A stretch of DNA of 64,000 bases from a phage: assembly GCA_028030915.1 (NCBI GenBank), contig GCA_028030915.1_4867.1; one strand, 5' to 3'. Made by a program: the position numbers and the translations under genes. The number at the start of each line of letters is the position of its first letter. Position 1 is the stretch's first letter. The notes under the pieces were generated by a model. The model saw only the letters and a program-made list of their open reading frames with translations, was not told where the DNA came from and did not search any database. Positions 1 through 10,606 of this stretch are shown here, piece by piece.

Positions 1-290
1 CCTATCTCAGTTCGCCCCTGCGAATAGATGTTGAAGTGATTCAGACCGTCTGTAGACGGCGTGATATCCACCAAGGTACTCTGGTAACCCATACGCAGTA
101 AATAGCGTACAAAGGCTTCCTTTTCTTCTGGTGGGAGGATGGGACGTAAAACAGGATATGTGGTTTCTGCCGAGGCGGGCAACGTAAACCCAAAAGCAGC
201 CGCCAAAGCATCCACCGATGCACCATCGACACGTAGACGTTCCAACGCACTACGCAAAAACTTACCTTCATCTTTCGACATAGAGGTACC

Positions 291-1565
291 TTACAAGGCG
301 AAATAGCTCTGCACCAGCGTACTGGCAGACTGATATTGGACACTACCACCGGCGATAACGTACGGACGTTTCTCGGTGGTCAGGAGTGCTTGAATCGCAT
401 TACTGTTGGCGTACGTGTAAAGCTTAAGCTCAACCATTCCAGGATTCGTTTTAGAGATATCCCAGTTTGGATTAAGCGCATTAAACAACGTCAACAGTCG
501 TTGGCCGTAGGTGCTGTAACCCACCCCCGGCTCAACGTTAAGGTTCATCAGAAGATTCTGAATAACAGTATCTGCAATCTCAGCACCTTGACCTGGCTGT
601 AGTTTAGGCAAGTAATACTCAACGGAATTGAGATTGCCAGCAGCCGCAGCCTGTATCATCAGTTCGCCGTACAACGCTTGTTGTGCAATAGGATCGGTGA
701 TAGCCTGAATCATCGGATCGATGCGATTCGGCAGACCGTATTGATTGAGCTTTGTGGACATACCGTATATCAACGCAGACGAGGTGTTGATATCCAGCGA
801 GGAGAAATTCCCACTCCCGCCCGTAAAGCTATCAATGATCCCGTCGATAGACAAGAAGTCGTCCAGGTCCTTAAAGCTATCAAACGTGTGCGTAACATCG
901 TCAATCAGTGCGGTGACTTGCCACTTGGCGCTATTGGCCATATCGACGTAGTTACCGATTTCACGCTGTACCTCACCAGGCAGTTTGGCAAGCTGTCCCG
1001 CGATGTTCATCGTGGACTCCAGGCGAGCTTTCACTGACGCATAATCTGTCCCGACCGCGCTTAAAGCGCTATCACGAAGATCAGTCAGTGTATCCCATCC
1101 CTTACTTAACAGACTACCTGCGCCGCCCGGTGAGAGATAGCTCAGTGCAGTTTTCCCTTCCTGGTTTACCTTCTGAAAGGGTTCGGACACATCGCGCTTC
1201 TGTGGATCGATAACTGGCAGCGCTTCTTTCGTGTTGGAAGCAAAAGTAGGCACACGTTGAGGCGGCGATACTCCGGAAGCCGCTGAACCTGCTGCCTTTT
1301 TACCACCTACCGTGACTTGGTCGCCACCCCCGAACACGTTACCAAATTTTTCACTTATCGTGTTGCCAATGTTGGAGATCTTGTCGAAAGTTTCCCCTGC
1401 TTTGGCGGTTACGTTATTGTACAAATTTTGAGCACTTTCAATACCGCGCTCGGCATTACCAATCGTTGACTGGACACGGTTTTGAACATCGTTAACTTTG
1501 TTCTCTATTGCGCCCGTTGTGCTGCTTATCTGGTTGGTAATCCCATCAAGGTTGTTCAGTTTCAT
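291..1565 (-). CDS. hypothetical protein (424 aa), Gly/Ser/Thr-rich, possibly virion-associated
   Basis: Long uninterrupted ORF in the six-frame track, same orientation as neighbours; no recognisable catalytic motif. Confidence 0.5.
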   Translation of the reverse strand: MKLNNLDGITNQISSTTGAIENKVNDVQNRVQSTIGNAERGIESAQNLYNNVTAKAGETFDKISNIGNTISEKFGNVFGGGDQVTVGGKKAAGSAASGVSPPQRVPTFASNTKEALPVIDPQKRDVSEPFQKVNQEGKTALSYLSPGGAGSLLSKGWDTLTDLRDSALSAVGTDYASVKARLESTMNIAGQLAKLPGEVQREIGNYVDMANSAKWQVTALIDDVTHTFDSFKDLDDFLSIDGIIDSFTGGSGNFSSLDINTSSALIYGMSTKLNQYGLPNRIDPMIQAITDPIAQQALYGELMIQAAAAGNLNSVEYYLPKLQPGQGAEIADTVIQNLLMNLNVEPGVGYSTYGQRLLTLFNALNPNWDISKTNPGMVELKLYTYANSNAIQALLTTEKRPYVIAGGSVQYQSASTLVQSYFAL

Positions 1566-2424
1566 TGGAACTCCAGAATCTATACGTCGCTAACGGAACG
1601 TCGTCGCTGACCTCATATTCTCTACCACTACGATGACGAACTTTGAATGTGATTTCGAACTCACGTACGTCCAGCGCTTGTAAGATTATTAGAAACCAAC
1701 GCCAGGTGATTGCCTCGGTGTGACGCATCGCCTGTTTCATGTTGTTTCGTCTGTCCCCACGTTTGGATGATGTGCCTGGGCACAACTTAGGGTTGTTGAC
1801 GTAGTTCGTCGTCCACCGTTCCAGTTTATCACCATCGATTTTATACCCACGAATAACTTTGTAGATTAAACGCAGGAGAATGTGCTTCATCACATGTTCG
1901 ATAGTGTGGTCGATGTTCGCGACATACTCGTTAACGTCGTAAGATGCAGGATGCTCGAAACGCTCTTTACGTTTCTTCCTGTTCTCATTACGTAAGTTCT
2001 TAATGAAGTCCTCACGCACAAACGTACTGTCGAATACAAAACACTTCGTGTCAAAGCTTCCCCGCTTAGTCAGCAGGGTGACTGTTAGCGTTTGCATCTC
2101 CAGGATAACTAATCCCTCGATGAAACGTTTCCACGTAAAATCGACTGTCAGGTTACGTACCGAACCACCCGTAAGTGAGGTGTTCAGCCGGTTAACGCGG
2201 TCGGTCATCGTGGTCAGTTTGCTGTCGCGAAACTGTTTCAGATACTCCGGGTCGTTGACATGTTGACGGATAAGGTTTTTCCATATCCCGTCGCTAATAC
2301 CCATCAACTTAACCAGATTCCAATAAGCTTTCCTTAACGGGTAGCTGGAATCTGACGCCGGTGGCGTACCGTGCCAAATTTGCTCGCGTGTGCTATTCAG
2401 CGGCGGCTTTTTCTCATCATCCAT
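1546..2424 (-). CDS. hypothetical protein (292 aa)
   Basis: Long ORF contiguous with flanking minus-strand genes; basic KKRKER stretch; no recognised domain. Confidence 0.45.
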   Translation of the reverse strand: MDDEKKPPLNSTREQIWHGTPPASDSSYPLRKAYWNLVKLMGISDGIWKNLIRQHVNDPEYLKQFRDSKLTTMTDRVNRLNTSLTGGSVRNLTVDFTWKRFIEGLVILEMQTLTVTLLTKRGSFDTKCFVFDSTFVREDFIKNLRNENRKKRKERFEHPASYDVNEYVANIDHTIEHVMKHILLRLIYKVIRGYKIDGDKLERWTTNYVNNPKLCPGTSSKRGDRRNNMKQAMRHTEAITWRWFLIILQALDVREFEITFKVRHRSGREYEVSDDVPLATYRFWSSNETEQP

Positions 2425-2457
2425 ACATCACCTTGTTACAAGGGAATAGATTAAAAG

Positions 2458-2988
2458 TTAGAGATAGTGTTCCACTATCACTTCTAACTCGCGGAAGATA
2501 TGTGCGGTTTGATTAAACAGCGTATCCTGTTCGGGTGTTTGTTTATCAAATGCACGCTGATACAGTTCTAACATAGCGAAGACTGTGCGCAGTTTATCGC
2601 GCGCGACTTCAGGATCGGATGCACCGAAATAATGATCAAGCCATCGTGGTTCTGAACTCTCTCCTTTTCTATCGATTGCCTCAGGCAACTCTAACCAACG
2701 TTGATTGGGAATGTTGCTACTGGATACACGGTTATACTCAGAAATGAAGAATTCCAATCGCTCCACCAACGTGTCAAAATCTCGAATACGTAATTCGAGT
2801 TGTCCACGCAATGAAAAAGGAAGGTATTCTTTCCCATTATATTCCAGAGGCTCTGTAATGAGTTCTAAGCCCACCATCACTCTGTGCAGGGTGTTATGGG
2901 TATTCTTATGAAACTCAGCCTCCAAAGAGCGTCTGCGAGCTTCTACAGCCTTACGACGCAGGAGTGTTGAAAGCCATTTAAAAAGCAT
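2458..2988 (-). CDS. hypothetical protein (176 aa)
   Basis: ORF in track; compact spacing to neighbours. Confidence 0.45.
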   Translation of the reverse strand: MLFKWLSTLLRRKAVEARRRSLEAEFHKNTHNTLHRVMVGLELITEPLEYNGKEYLPFSLRGQLELRIRDFDTLVERLEFFISEYNRVSSSNIPNQRWLELPEAIDRKGESSEPRWLDHYFGASDPEVARDKLRTVFAMLELYQRAFDKQTPEQDTLFNQTAHIFRELEVIVEHYL

Positions 2989-3005
2989 AGGTGTTATCCT
3001 ATTAT
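2977..3005 (+). promoter_or_regulatory. candidate sigma70-like promoter for the 3065 gene (-35 TTTAAA, 17-nt spacer, -10 TATTAT)
   Basis: Hexamers read directly in the divergent intergenic region; GAGG RBS lies 8 nt before the ATG at 3065. Confidence 0.25.
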
Positions 3006-3064
3006 GAGATGTTGTCTCGGATAGATAATATCTGTCTGAGTTCTTTTTGAGATGAGGTTATCCC

Positions 3065-3535
3065 ATGAGCGAAGAAGTGAAATACCAAGCGTTCGACGGA
3101 GATGTGGACAACGAAGATTCGCTTCTCCGCCAAACACAACAGCTACGCGTTAAGCTCGTCACGGATATGGTGAATGACGGTGAAGTACACAAAGACTTAA
3201 AAGCCGTCGACCGAATCGAACGCCTAATCAACGGCATCGACAAACAGGTCATGACGAAGCGGAAAATTAAAGCTGCTGAGAAAGGCGCTGAGGCGACTCA
3301 AGATTTGGCCAACAGTTTAAACGGCTTCTTAATGACCCGTGCAGGCGTTGGTATCAAACGTCACGACGATGAAGAAGATTTAAATAACGGATACCAACCC
3401 ACCGTCCCACAGATTGCCGCAGTACGGCCTCCGAAAGAAGGTGAGTTGGCACCAGTAGGCGAAAAGATTGACGTTGACCAGATCATGGCGTCTGCGTTTG
3501 CGAGTCGTCGTCCTGCTGATGACGACGAAGACTAA
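3065..3535 (+). CDS. hypothetical acidic protein (156 aa)
   Basis: ORF with upstream GAGG RBS; acidic C-terminus (DDEEDL, ADDDED). Confidence 0.45.
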   Translation: MSEEVKYQAFDGDVDNEDSLLRQTQQLRVKLVTDMVNDGEVHKDLKAVDRIERLINGIDKQVMTKRKIKAAEKGAEATQDLANSLNGFLMTRAGVGIKRHDDEEDLNNGYQPTVPQIAAVRPPKEGELAPVGEKIDVDQIMASAFASRRPADDDED

Positions 3536-4211
3536 ACAGCGCAGTGTCCTTTACGTCAGTACCGACGTATTGAGCAAGAAAACGGGTGGACTCCTTAAAG
3601 GGGTTCACCTTATCTCTTTTTATTTGCGCGATGGCTTCTTCCGTTAATTCGCTGGTCAGCATACTCGGTCGGGTAATGGTGAAATCCGGAATCGGTTTCT
3701 GGAAATGGCCCGCGTGTTGTTCTATCCACGGGTACCAGTCGTACATTATCCAACCGTCCCATGCAGAAGCAAGTCGTCCTGGTGTAAGATCGCTGTGAGG
3801 AATAACAACGACGTCTACTTGCACTTCGTTATAGTAGTAACGCAGTTCTTCCAAAAACACATGACGTTCTTCATCATCGAGATCAGCGTATGGCCACAGG
3901 TTAAACGTTAAGACTGGCCGCTCGATAGGAGCGTGCATCTGTATCGTCATTAACATTGCCTGTACTTCGTTCTTTAGCGTAAGCAACATTTCTGTTGGCT
4001 GCGCGTTCTGCAACGCGCGTTTATCACGCTCCGCGAACTTTTTATTCCAGTCCTGAATTCCTACCACTTCGGCCCACGCATCCGTGAACCGCATCCGATA
4101 CACTTCTAAATCAAGCTTCTCTAATACATCAGGCTGCAGCACTTTCGCCCAACCAATTCGTGTATCGAAGATTGTGTCGATATCGACTAAGAAACGGCGT
4201 CCTAATCTCAT
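3483..4211 (-). CDS. hypothetical protein (242 aa)
   Basis: ORF in track; its 3' end overlaps the convergent 3065..3535 ORF by 53 nt, so one of the two ends is uncertain. Confidence 0.4.
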   Translation of the reverse strand: MRLGRRFLVDIDTIFDTRIGWAKVLQPDVLEKLDLEVYRMRFTDAWAEVVGIQDWNKKFAERDKRALQNAQPTEMLLTLKNEVQAMLMTIQMHAPIERPVLTFNLWPYADLDDEERHVFLEELRYYYNEVQVDVVVIPHSDLTPGRLASAWDGWIMYDWYPWIEQHAGHFQKPIPDFTITRPSMLTSELTEEAIAQIKRDKVNPFKESTRFLAQYVGTDVKDTALFSLRRHQQDDDSQTQTP

Positions 4212-4876
4212 TCCGGGCGTCCTAAGTTGTTACCGATGTGCATTGCTTTAAAGTACGAAGACCATGTACGCGGCGCTTTTGAACTGGTACGCTCAGCCCC
4301 TTCCAGGTTGATGCGACCTTTACCGGTTTGCCGTAGCGATTGATAGAACGCACGTTGTAACGTATCGTTACCACCACGCGCCCACAGGAACTCCTGGAGC
4401 GTTGAGTCGTGTCCATCCGAGTACATGATGTACGCTTCTGGAAACGAAACACCCGAAGCTTTGGAAGGCCCTACTACCTGACCTGAGAGTTTATCGCGGA
4501 CTTTATCGTTCTTCGCCACCGCCATTTTCTTCTCTTGCATCTGCGTCTGGCGACGTGCAGGTAGCCGGAAGACTAAATGGGGGTAACGGGTACGCTGTAG
4601 GATACCGGTTTTCGGTTCCGTGAGCCACAGGCGCTGACACAAGTTCAGTCCCATCGCTTCGCAAATTTTAATATTGCGCATATGGTCAATTTTGACCTTG
4701 CCGCCAGTTGGGTTGTAAACAGGCAACCCTTCGCGCAGACGATTGAACTCTTCGTCAGACATTCGTGAGAAAGCGCGCTTGGCAGCTTCCGCGTTAATCC
4801 CGGTCGGGTCAACTAAGTTCAGTAACTGTAAAGCATAAGCTTCTGCTTTTTTTCGCCGTGCCGGGTCTAATCTCAT
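4208..4876 (-). CDS. hypothetical protein (222 aa)
   Basis: ORF in track; 4-nt overlap with the downstream gene suggests coupling. Confidence 0.45.
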   Translation of the reverse strand: MRLDPARRKKAEAYALQLLNLVDPTGINAEAAKRAFSRMSDEEFNRLREGLPVYNPTGGKVKIDHMRNIKICEAMGLNLCQRLWLTEPKTGILQRTRYPHLVFRLPARRQTQMQEKKMAVAKNDKVRDKLSGQVVGPSKASGVSFPEAYIMYSDGHDSTLQEFLWARGGNDTLQRAFYQSLRQTGKGRINLEGAERTSSKAPRTWSSYFKAMHIGNNLGRPE

Positions 4877-5148
4877 TTTTTCATCCTCTCACGGAGCACT
4901 GGAAGAACCACACGTTCCAGGTCTTCAATCCAGTACGGGATATCTTCATTGTGTTCAGGCACACCGACCGCATCAACCTTCGGTTTATCATTAATCAGGT
5001 TGCCGTAATGGGCATTTACCTGATGACTAAATTCAGACAGTGCATGTCGCGGTGCTGAGAACTCGTTATGGAACGCGGTGCTAAGTTCCTGGCTAATACC
5101 AGCGAGACCCAGACACAGACGCTCTACAATATCTTTCTGATAACGCAT
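4873..5148 (-). CDS. hypothetical protein (91 aa)
   Basis: Short ORF fitted between neighbours; 4-nt overlap with the 4208..4876 gene. Confidence 0.35.
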   Translation of the reverse strand: MRYQKDIVERLCLGLAGISQELSTAFHNEFSAPRHALSEFSHQVNAHYGNLINDKPKVDAVGVPEHNEDIPYWIEDLERVVLPVLRERMKK

Positions 5149-5161
5149 CGCTAATCCTCAG

Positions 5162-5190
5162 GGGAAAAAAACAGGCGGGTTGCCCCGCCC
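5162..5190 (-). terminator. intrinsic terminator (stem GGCGGG/CCCGCC, U-tract on minus strand)
   Basis: Hairpin plus A-run on the plus strand immediately downstream of the 5195..6688 gene. Confidence 0.45.
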
Positions 5191-5194
5191 GTGC

Positions 5195-6688
5195 TTATTT
5201 CTTCTTAGTCAAGAACTTAGGTTCCAGACCATCCACGGCCATCGCCAGTAATGACATTGCTGTTAAGCAACGCTTACCACCTTTGACTTCCTGATCCTTG
5301 AACATCCAGTATTCCACTGTATTGTCCAGAATTTCATTCCAGTCCCACTTTTCGTCGATAACTTTATAAAGCTCCGCCGGTGAGAGATGGTACTTCATTT
5401 CCAGTCGGTGGTAGTTATTCTGCATGTACGCTAGTGCGGCGGTGATTTCCAACGCACGGCGCAAACGCGGGTTGCTGTCACACATGTCGCGAATCGTGGT
5501 ACGCATGAAAGATGTACCAGGTAGCAAATCGAGGGTATAGTTAGCACCACTACGTTTGTAGCCCCATTCATCTTTCAGTGTGTCGCTCAGGTAATGCCAC
5601 AGAGAGAGGTGATAAAGCAGACCCATCTCCTGCGAGAAGACCATTTTGAACTTAACGCCTGTGTGACCACCCTTCGCACGGTACTGCGTGAAAACAATTT
5701 CTTTCAGGTCGTTCACCGAAGCATTCATTGCTTTCGAACGCGCAGTCGGGTATTTCTCTTCGTTTACACCGGTCTTCGCGTTGTAAGTCTGATCCTGCTT
5801 CAACTCACCAGACTTGGTTGCAACCAGCAGGGAGTTAGTTAAGAACGACAACTGACGGCGCGGGATACCCGCAAACTTCAGATCATCGCCTGCATCGTCC
5901 AACAGTTTACCGTTCGCCTTCGGTCCACCACGGCCACCTGCCGCCATTGCTTTACCCGCATCGTCGGCCAACTGAGCAACGAAGCCCATATAGAAACCAC
6001 CACGCGCAAACGCAGACGGCCAACGGCTCATCATGTTCGATTTCTGCAGCGCATCGTGGGCGTTCAGGATGTTCTGTTCAGAATCACCGACCTCTGATTT
6101 GGCGTGTTTCTCTTCCAGGGAAGAGGTGTGCCATTCGGACAGGGAGTCAATCGAGTACAACCACGGGTCGAGAATCTTTTTCGCAGAGCGACGGATTGGG
6201 TCCGGGAACGGTGTTTCACGTGCCTTACCAGCCATATACTCTTTGAAACGTTTTTCGACTTCGTCACGGATATAAGCAGAGTAATACTCCTCACCTGCCA
6301 TGATATCCGAGCCAACCATGTTGTAACGACCTTCGTGGATCAGGTCCAGCACGCCGCCTGTTGGTGATACTTCTAATCCGTTTGCTTTCGCTGCGGAAAT
6401 GTACCCCGTTTCCAGACGACTTAATGCTGCCGTAACTTCGGTATCGTATTTCGATCCCCAGGCTGCATTATAACGTTGCAGAATCATGAAAATACAGAAG
6501 TCCAATAAGGTAGACTTAAAGGTATTCCCACGACCTGCGAAGCCCATGATGTGGGCAAAACCACCGTTGAGGTAGTACAAACCATCTTCCCCGCGCTCGT
6601 AGTTACCGAGAGCGTGGTCCATGATGGTATATACGTTAAAACGAGGGCGAATCACTTCACCCATGACTTGTTTAGCTGGACCTGCCAT
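5195..6688 (-). CDS. putative UvsX/RecA-family recombinase (497 aa)
   Basis: Walker-A-like GG(x7)AGRGNTFKST resembles UvsX AGPSKSFKS; downstream IDSL resembles the UvsX Walker B region FIDSLGN; GGAG RBS upstream. Longer than T4 UvsX. Confidence 0.5.
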   Translation of the reverse strand: MAGPAKQVMGEVIRPRFNVYTIMDHALGNYERGEDGLYYLNGGFAHIMGFAGRGNTFKSTLLDFCIFMILQRYNAAWGSKYDTEVTAALSRLETGYISAAKANGLEVSPTGGVLDLIHEGRYNMVGSDIMAGEEYYSAYIRDEVEKRFKEYMAGKARETPFPDPIRRSAKKILDPWLYSIDSLSEWHTSSLEEKHAKSEVGDSEQNILNAHDALQKSNMMSRWPSAFARGGFYMGFVAQLADDAGKAMAAGGRGGPKANGKLLDDAGDDLKFAGIPRRQLSFLTNSLLVATKSGELKQDQTYNAKTGVNEEKYPTARSKAMNASVNDLKEIVFTQYRAKGGHTGVKFKMVFSQEMGLLYHLSLWHYLSDTLKDEWGYKRSGANYTLDLLPGTSFMRTTIRDMCDSNPRLRRALEITAALAYMQNNYHRLEMKYHLSPAELYKVIDEKWDWNEILDNTVEYWMFKDQEVKGGKRCLTAMSLLAMAVDGLEPKFLTKKK

Positions 6689-6703
6689 TTAGCGCTCCGT
6701 CAA

Positions 6704-7003
6704 TTAGCGTTTTTTCAGTGGGAGTAACAGACGACGTTTATGCCAAACTTCGAAATGCACTTCTGCCCACTCGGTGACATGGTTGTCATCCTTAGGATTG
6801 ATGTTAGAAATGCTTTTGAAGCGGTTACGGTTACGTTCGTCGATTTCGATTTCCAGAACGCGTTGACCATCAGCACGTGTGGTCACGTTCAGGATTTTAC
6901 CAACCACGATCGGACTACCATCGGTATTCTTCTTCGTCGGGGTGGTGTAAATCTCAGGTTCGATACGAGAGGTTAAAGCGCGAGTCAGTAATTTGATTCT
7001 CAT
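6704..7003 (-). CDS. hypothetical protein (99 aa)
   Basis: ORF in track; start uncertain. Confidence 0.3.
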   Translation of the reverse strand: MRIKLLTRALTSRIEPEIYTTPTKKNTDGSPIVVGKILNVTTRADGQRVLEIEIDERNRNRFKSISNINPKDDNHVTEWAEVHFEVWHKRRLLLPLKKR

Positions 7004-7101
7004 CAGATGTTACCTTTTTGCAGTTCTCGTACATAAGGTTTGGGTGATACGTAAAAGACTTACTATGTAGCCCAATCCCTTATATATTCGAGGTTGATAG
7101 A

Positions 7102-7857
7102 ATGAATGTTAATCCACTTGCAGCGTTGTCGGGCTTTGTTGCCAAAGCATCCACGATTCTGCCTAAAGCCTTTAGCGGCTCTCAACAGGAACTCGCGCTG
7201 ACCACCTATGACGACATGTCTGATGTGTCCAAGTGGATGCAGCAAGAGAAGTTTTTAAACTTTACCGGAATGCTTGTACCCGTACCTCCGGGCTTCAACA
7301 CGTATGTGATGGACCACATAGAACGGTTGGAATCTGTATGGGCTGTGCTCCAGAAGATTCAGGAAGGGGTTTTAAGTCCCATCGACAAACGTTTCGGCGC
7401 GATGACACACGACCTGGGTATGCTGACACTGCCTATCGGATTTAAGTTCAAAGACCTGAACTATCCACTGAAAAACATCAATCCGAAAGACCTGGTTGAA
7501 AAACTGGCGAAGTCGTACACCAACAATGTGATCGACCAGCGTGCGATTGAAAAGACCTACCACAGTGCAGGTGAGATTGACGTTGCGTTTAATCGTGCCA
7601 AAGCGCTGAACCTGGAAGTGACTAAGAAACTCCAGAAAGGTATTGACCGTACAGTTGAAAGCATCAACGTCTCTGTAGACATTATCTCTAATTCACAAGT
7701 CCATCCTAACGTGGCGGCAGAGTTAGTGAAAATGGCTGACATGGGTGCTGACTGGGTTGAGCTGTTCGGACTGTTTATGAAACAGATTAATGAACTGACA
7801 GAATGCTTGAACGTAACCGGTGATCGCCTCAAGACCCTGAAAGCAAACAAAAAATAA
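7102..7857 (+). CDS. hypothetical protein (251 aa)
   Basis: Plus-strand ORF with GAGG RBS, followed by a strong terminator. Confidence 0.55.
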   Translation: MNVNPLAALSGFVAKASTILPKAFSGSQQELALTTYDDMSDVSKWMQQEKFLNFTGMLVPVPPGFNTYVMDHIERLESVWAVLQKIQEGVLSPIDKRFGAMTHDLGMLTLPIGFKFKDLNYPLKNINPKDLVEKLAKSYTNNVIDQRAIEKTYHSAGEIDVAFNRAKALNLEVTKKLQKGIDRTVESINVSVDIISNSQVHPNVAAELVKMADMGADWVELFGLFMKQINELTECLNVTGDRLKTLKANKK

Positions 7858-7865
7858 AAAGTAAG

Positions 7866-7910
7866 CAGTACCCACTCCCCCTACGGGAGTGGGTAGGCTT
7901 TATTTTATTT
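7866..7910. terminator. bidirectional intrinsic terminator (CCCACTCCC...GGGAGTGGG stem, T-run after, A-run before)
   Basis: Perfect inverted repeat between convergent genes 7102..7857 (+) and 7920..8462 (-). Confidence 0.6.
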
Positions 7911-7919
7911 CGGACCGAT

Positions 7920-8462
7920 TTAGAATTTACTAATAGCGAGTGGCTGCATTGGCTCAATCACAATCAGTATTTCTTTCAGACGTGAAACGATATGCTCCCA
8001 GACCTGTGCTTCGAGGTGACGTAGCATGGTGGTGAACTCACCCATGTACATCTCTTTATACTCGTCGCGGTTGAGATGTTCCCACGCTTCTTTCAATGGG
8101 CCTGCTTCCGGTCCAGACATCTTAATCATCATTTCGATGTCCTTCATTTCATCAAAGGCTTTACCGACCTTATCAATAACCTCATCGGTCTTGAGTTCGA
8201 GTGAGAAGCGACCCATCTTAGACTGCAGGAAGCCGTCTTCAATGTCTTCGTCGTTGTATTCGAAACACGCAATACGTTGCGCGAGTTGATGAACTTCATT
8301 TACCGCGATATTGACATACGCTGCAGAGATAAGCCCAGCGAGGTGTTGACGATCGATATTCTTCGGTATCAGATAGTCTTCACACTTACGCTTAAACTCG
8401 AACAACGCCGCTGGAAATATTTCACGAAATTCGTCATCGAGTAAATCAATGAATATTTTCAT
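7920..8462 (-). CDS. hypothetical acidic protein (180 aa)
   Basis: ORF in track; 4-nt overlap with upstream gene. Confidence 0.45.
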   Translation of the reverse strand: MKIFIDLLDDEFREIFPAALFEFKRKCEDYLIPKNIDRQHLAGLISAAYVNIAVNEVHQLAQRIACFEYNDEDIEDGFLQSKMGRFSLELKTDEVIDKVGKAFDEMKDIEMMIKMSGPEAGPLKEAWEHLNRDEYKEMYMGEFTTMLRHLEAQVWEHIVSRLKEILIVIEPMQPLAISKF

Positions 8463-8998
8463 TCAATAGGTTTCCCGTATTTCTCACCGAGGTATAACAA
8501 CTCACGGCGACAGATAGCCAGCACTTTCATTTCTGCTTCACGATACAATTTGGTGATTTTGTCAATGATTGGCTGGTCAACGATATCGGACCATGTTACC
8601 GTGTCCGTAACGTTCGACGTTTGCCCGTTAATGACCACAGCAACATATGTCTCGCCCAGGTTCTCTTGATGTAACCCCGCCAGAGATTCACCAACCTTAT
8701 CAAAGGCTTCACTCAATAAGTCGGTGATTTGGTCCGTCCCTTCTACCAGTTCAAAACGATGGGGATAGTTCAGAATGTTACGCAGCCGCGTGAACATACG
8801 TTCAATAAGCTGATTTACCATATCCCCAGTGTCACAGATAGCCACATCTACGCCTGAACCCATTTCGTCAGACAAACGATTTTCATGGACGGCCAACGCA
8901 TCGTGAAGTTCAAATTCCACGTCTCGTTTTAATCCTAACAGAATTTCATCTAGCTGACGTCTCGACTCCGACAGAGCGAAGTCAATTACGATTTGCAT
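8459..8998 (-). CDS. hypothetical protein (179 aa)
   Basis: ORF in track. Confidence 0.45.
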   Translation of the reverse strand: MQIVIDFALSESRRQLDEILLGLKRDVEFELHDALAVHENRLSDEMGSGVDVAICDTGDMVNQLIERMFTRLRNILNYPHRFELVEGTDQITDLLSEAFDKVGESLAGLHQENLGETYVAVVINGQTSNVTDTVTWSDIVDQPIIDKITKLYREAEMKVLAICRRELLYLGEKYGKPIE

Positions 8999-9008
8999 CT
9001 AATGCTCC

Positions 9009-9416
9009 TTAAAAGTTACTTACCTCGGGCTGCGTATACCAGTATCTGCACGCTACGAGATCCACAACGTTATATTTCAGTTGTCCACCGTGCTGTGACG
9101 TGTCTGCCAATTCATGCGCAAGCTTGTACGCCAAGTCTTCACGGTTGTCGAGGATAAGCAACACAACACGCTGCACCTCATTAAAGATATCCGGTTCACG
9201 TAAACAACTGTAGCGCTCGCTAAGATGCTTAATAACGCCTTTATAAACATCTCCTGGTACAGCAGTGCCATTTTCTGCTACGTGGAATGAAACAAGCACG
9301 ATTTTAATTAAAATCTCGACAACCATGGAGTATATCATTCCACGGTTGCCGTTAATTTCCACATGCTTTAGATACTCTTGCAAGTCCATCAATGACTCGC
9401 TATACACCTTTAACAT
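9009..9416 (-). CDS. hypothetical protein (start moved to internal Met with GAGGTG RBS)
   Basis: The track ORF 9009..9482 overlaps the upstream gene; the Met at 9416 has an RBS and removes the overlap. Confidence 0.4.
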   Translation of the reverse strand: MLKVYSESLMDLQEYLKHVEINGNRGMIYSMVVEILIKIVLVSFHVAENGTAVPGDVYKGVIKHLSERYSCLREPDIFNEVQRVVLLILDNREDLAYKLAHELADTSQHGGQLKYNVVDLVACRYWYTQPEVSNF

Positions 9417-9427
9417 AGCGACCACCT

Positions 9428-9805
9428 CTAGTTGGTTGCCGGCCACACCCCTGGCGATGGGATTGCATCGTATCCACGCCATTTCTTAATCACGACAAGG
9501 TTCGAGCCTGGAAGACCATCTAAATCAAAACCAACAGTAGCAACGACATCAACTTCAGCATCCAGCGATACCTGATCGCGACCCTGTGTTCTGAAATGCG
9601 CAAGAGACACCAGTTTACCGCCAGTAATCGCAGTATCGCGAATAAGACGTGCCATATTGCGCATCTCTACTGTCACTTCTCCACGAATAGCGACACTCAG
9701 CGTTGCTTTATTTAACCAGGCTTCTTGTCCCGGTTCGACAATATAGAGAATCACACCTTCTTTGTAATACTGTTTTACCATCGTTTCAAATTCGTCTTGC
9801 GTCAT
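9428..9805 (-). CDS. hypothetical protein (125 aa)
   Basis: ORF in track. Confidence 0.4.
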   Translation of the reverse strand: MTQDEFETMVKQYYKEGVILYIVEPGQEAWLNKATLSVAIRGEVTVEMRNMARLIRDTAITGGKLVSLAHFRTQGRDQVSLDAEVDVVATVGFDLDGLPGSNLVVIKKWRGYDAIPSPGVWPATN

Positions 9806-9818
9806 TTTAAATACTCCT

Positions 9819-10553
9819 TCAGTAGTTTATTTTCTCAGCGACTTCTTTACGGATGCGACACATCACCACCATCGCACCATTCGGAATTTGGCTCACGCAG
9901 TTATCCGTGTAAAACTTACCTTCACACAGATAAAAGTCCAGACACATGGCATCGGTCAGCTCGTGCCACAGGGTGCCGAAACCATACTGCCAAGGGCCGG
10001 AATGAACGACATCGTAATCGCCATCAGTTATGCCAAATGCGGCAGTAGCGGAAGACCACAGTATTGAGGAAGTGGTATAAGTGTCATACCAGTAACCGAG
10101 CAGACGATGGTTACGACGTATCTCAGCTAACCGCTCGTACATTGGGATGAATACATCTTCCACCTGCGTGACAAAATCAGCCAGCATCAACTTTTCCGTG
10201 AACCACTCGATCCACGCAAAGATTTGTTCTTCAACGTCTTGTTGGCTTAACCCCGTGGCAGTAATGCCTTCTTCGTAGGTGTAACCTTCGTAGACGTCAA
10301 CAACATTAATCTCTACATGTTCTAGCGTGAACAACCGTTCGGTGTTGATGCAGTCGTACATCTCTTGTAACCACGCAGTGAAGACTTCTATACAGACGTT
10401 GATGGCTGTGTACTTGAATTCATCGCGCAGTGGATACCACTGTGGGTTATCCTTTAGTTCGTTCTTCGCGAACGCGGGCCAATGCTTTTCGAACAACGCT
10501 TCAAAGAACTGGGGCGTGAGGTTTAAAAGCACTGGCACTTCGACTTTAAGCAT
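9819..10553 (-). CDS. hypothetical protein (244 aa)
   Basis: ORF in track. Confidence 0.45.
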   Translation of the reverse strand: MLKVEVPVLLNLTPQFFEALFEKHWPAFAKNELKDNPQWYPLRDEFKYTAINVCIEVFTAWLQEMYDCINTERLFTLEHVEINVVDVYEGYTYEEGITATGLSQQDVEEQIFAWIEWFTEKLMLADFVTQVEDVFIPMYERLAEIRRNHRLLGYWYDTYTTSSILWSSATAAFGITDGDYDVVHSGPWQYGFGTLWHELTDAMCLDFYLCEGKFYTDNCVSQIPNGAMVVMCRIRKEVAEKINY

Positions 10554-10606
10554 CGTGAATAAATTCTCCTTAAGGTTACGTCCCTGTAGATAATATCTAT
10601 CTCAGA

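Noticed and set aside
41-349. 102-aa minus-strand ORF at the window edge
   Set aside because: Overlaps the start of the 291..1565 gene in another frame, is Cys/Trp/Arg-rich with no RBS context; looks like a spurious frame.
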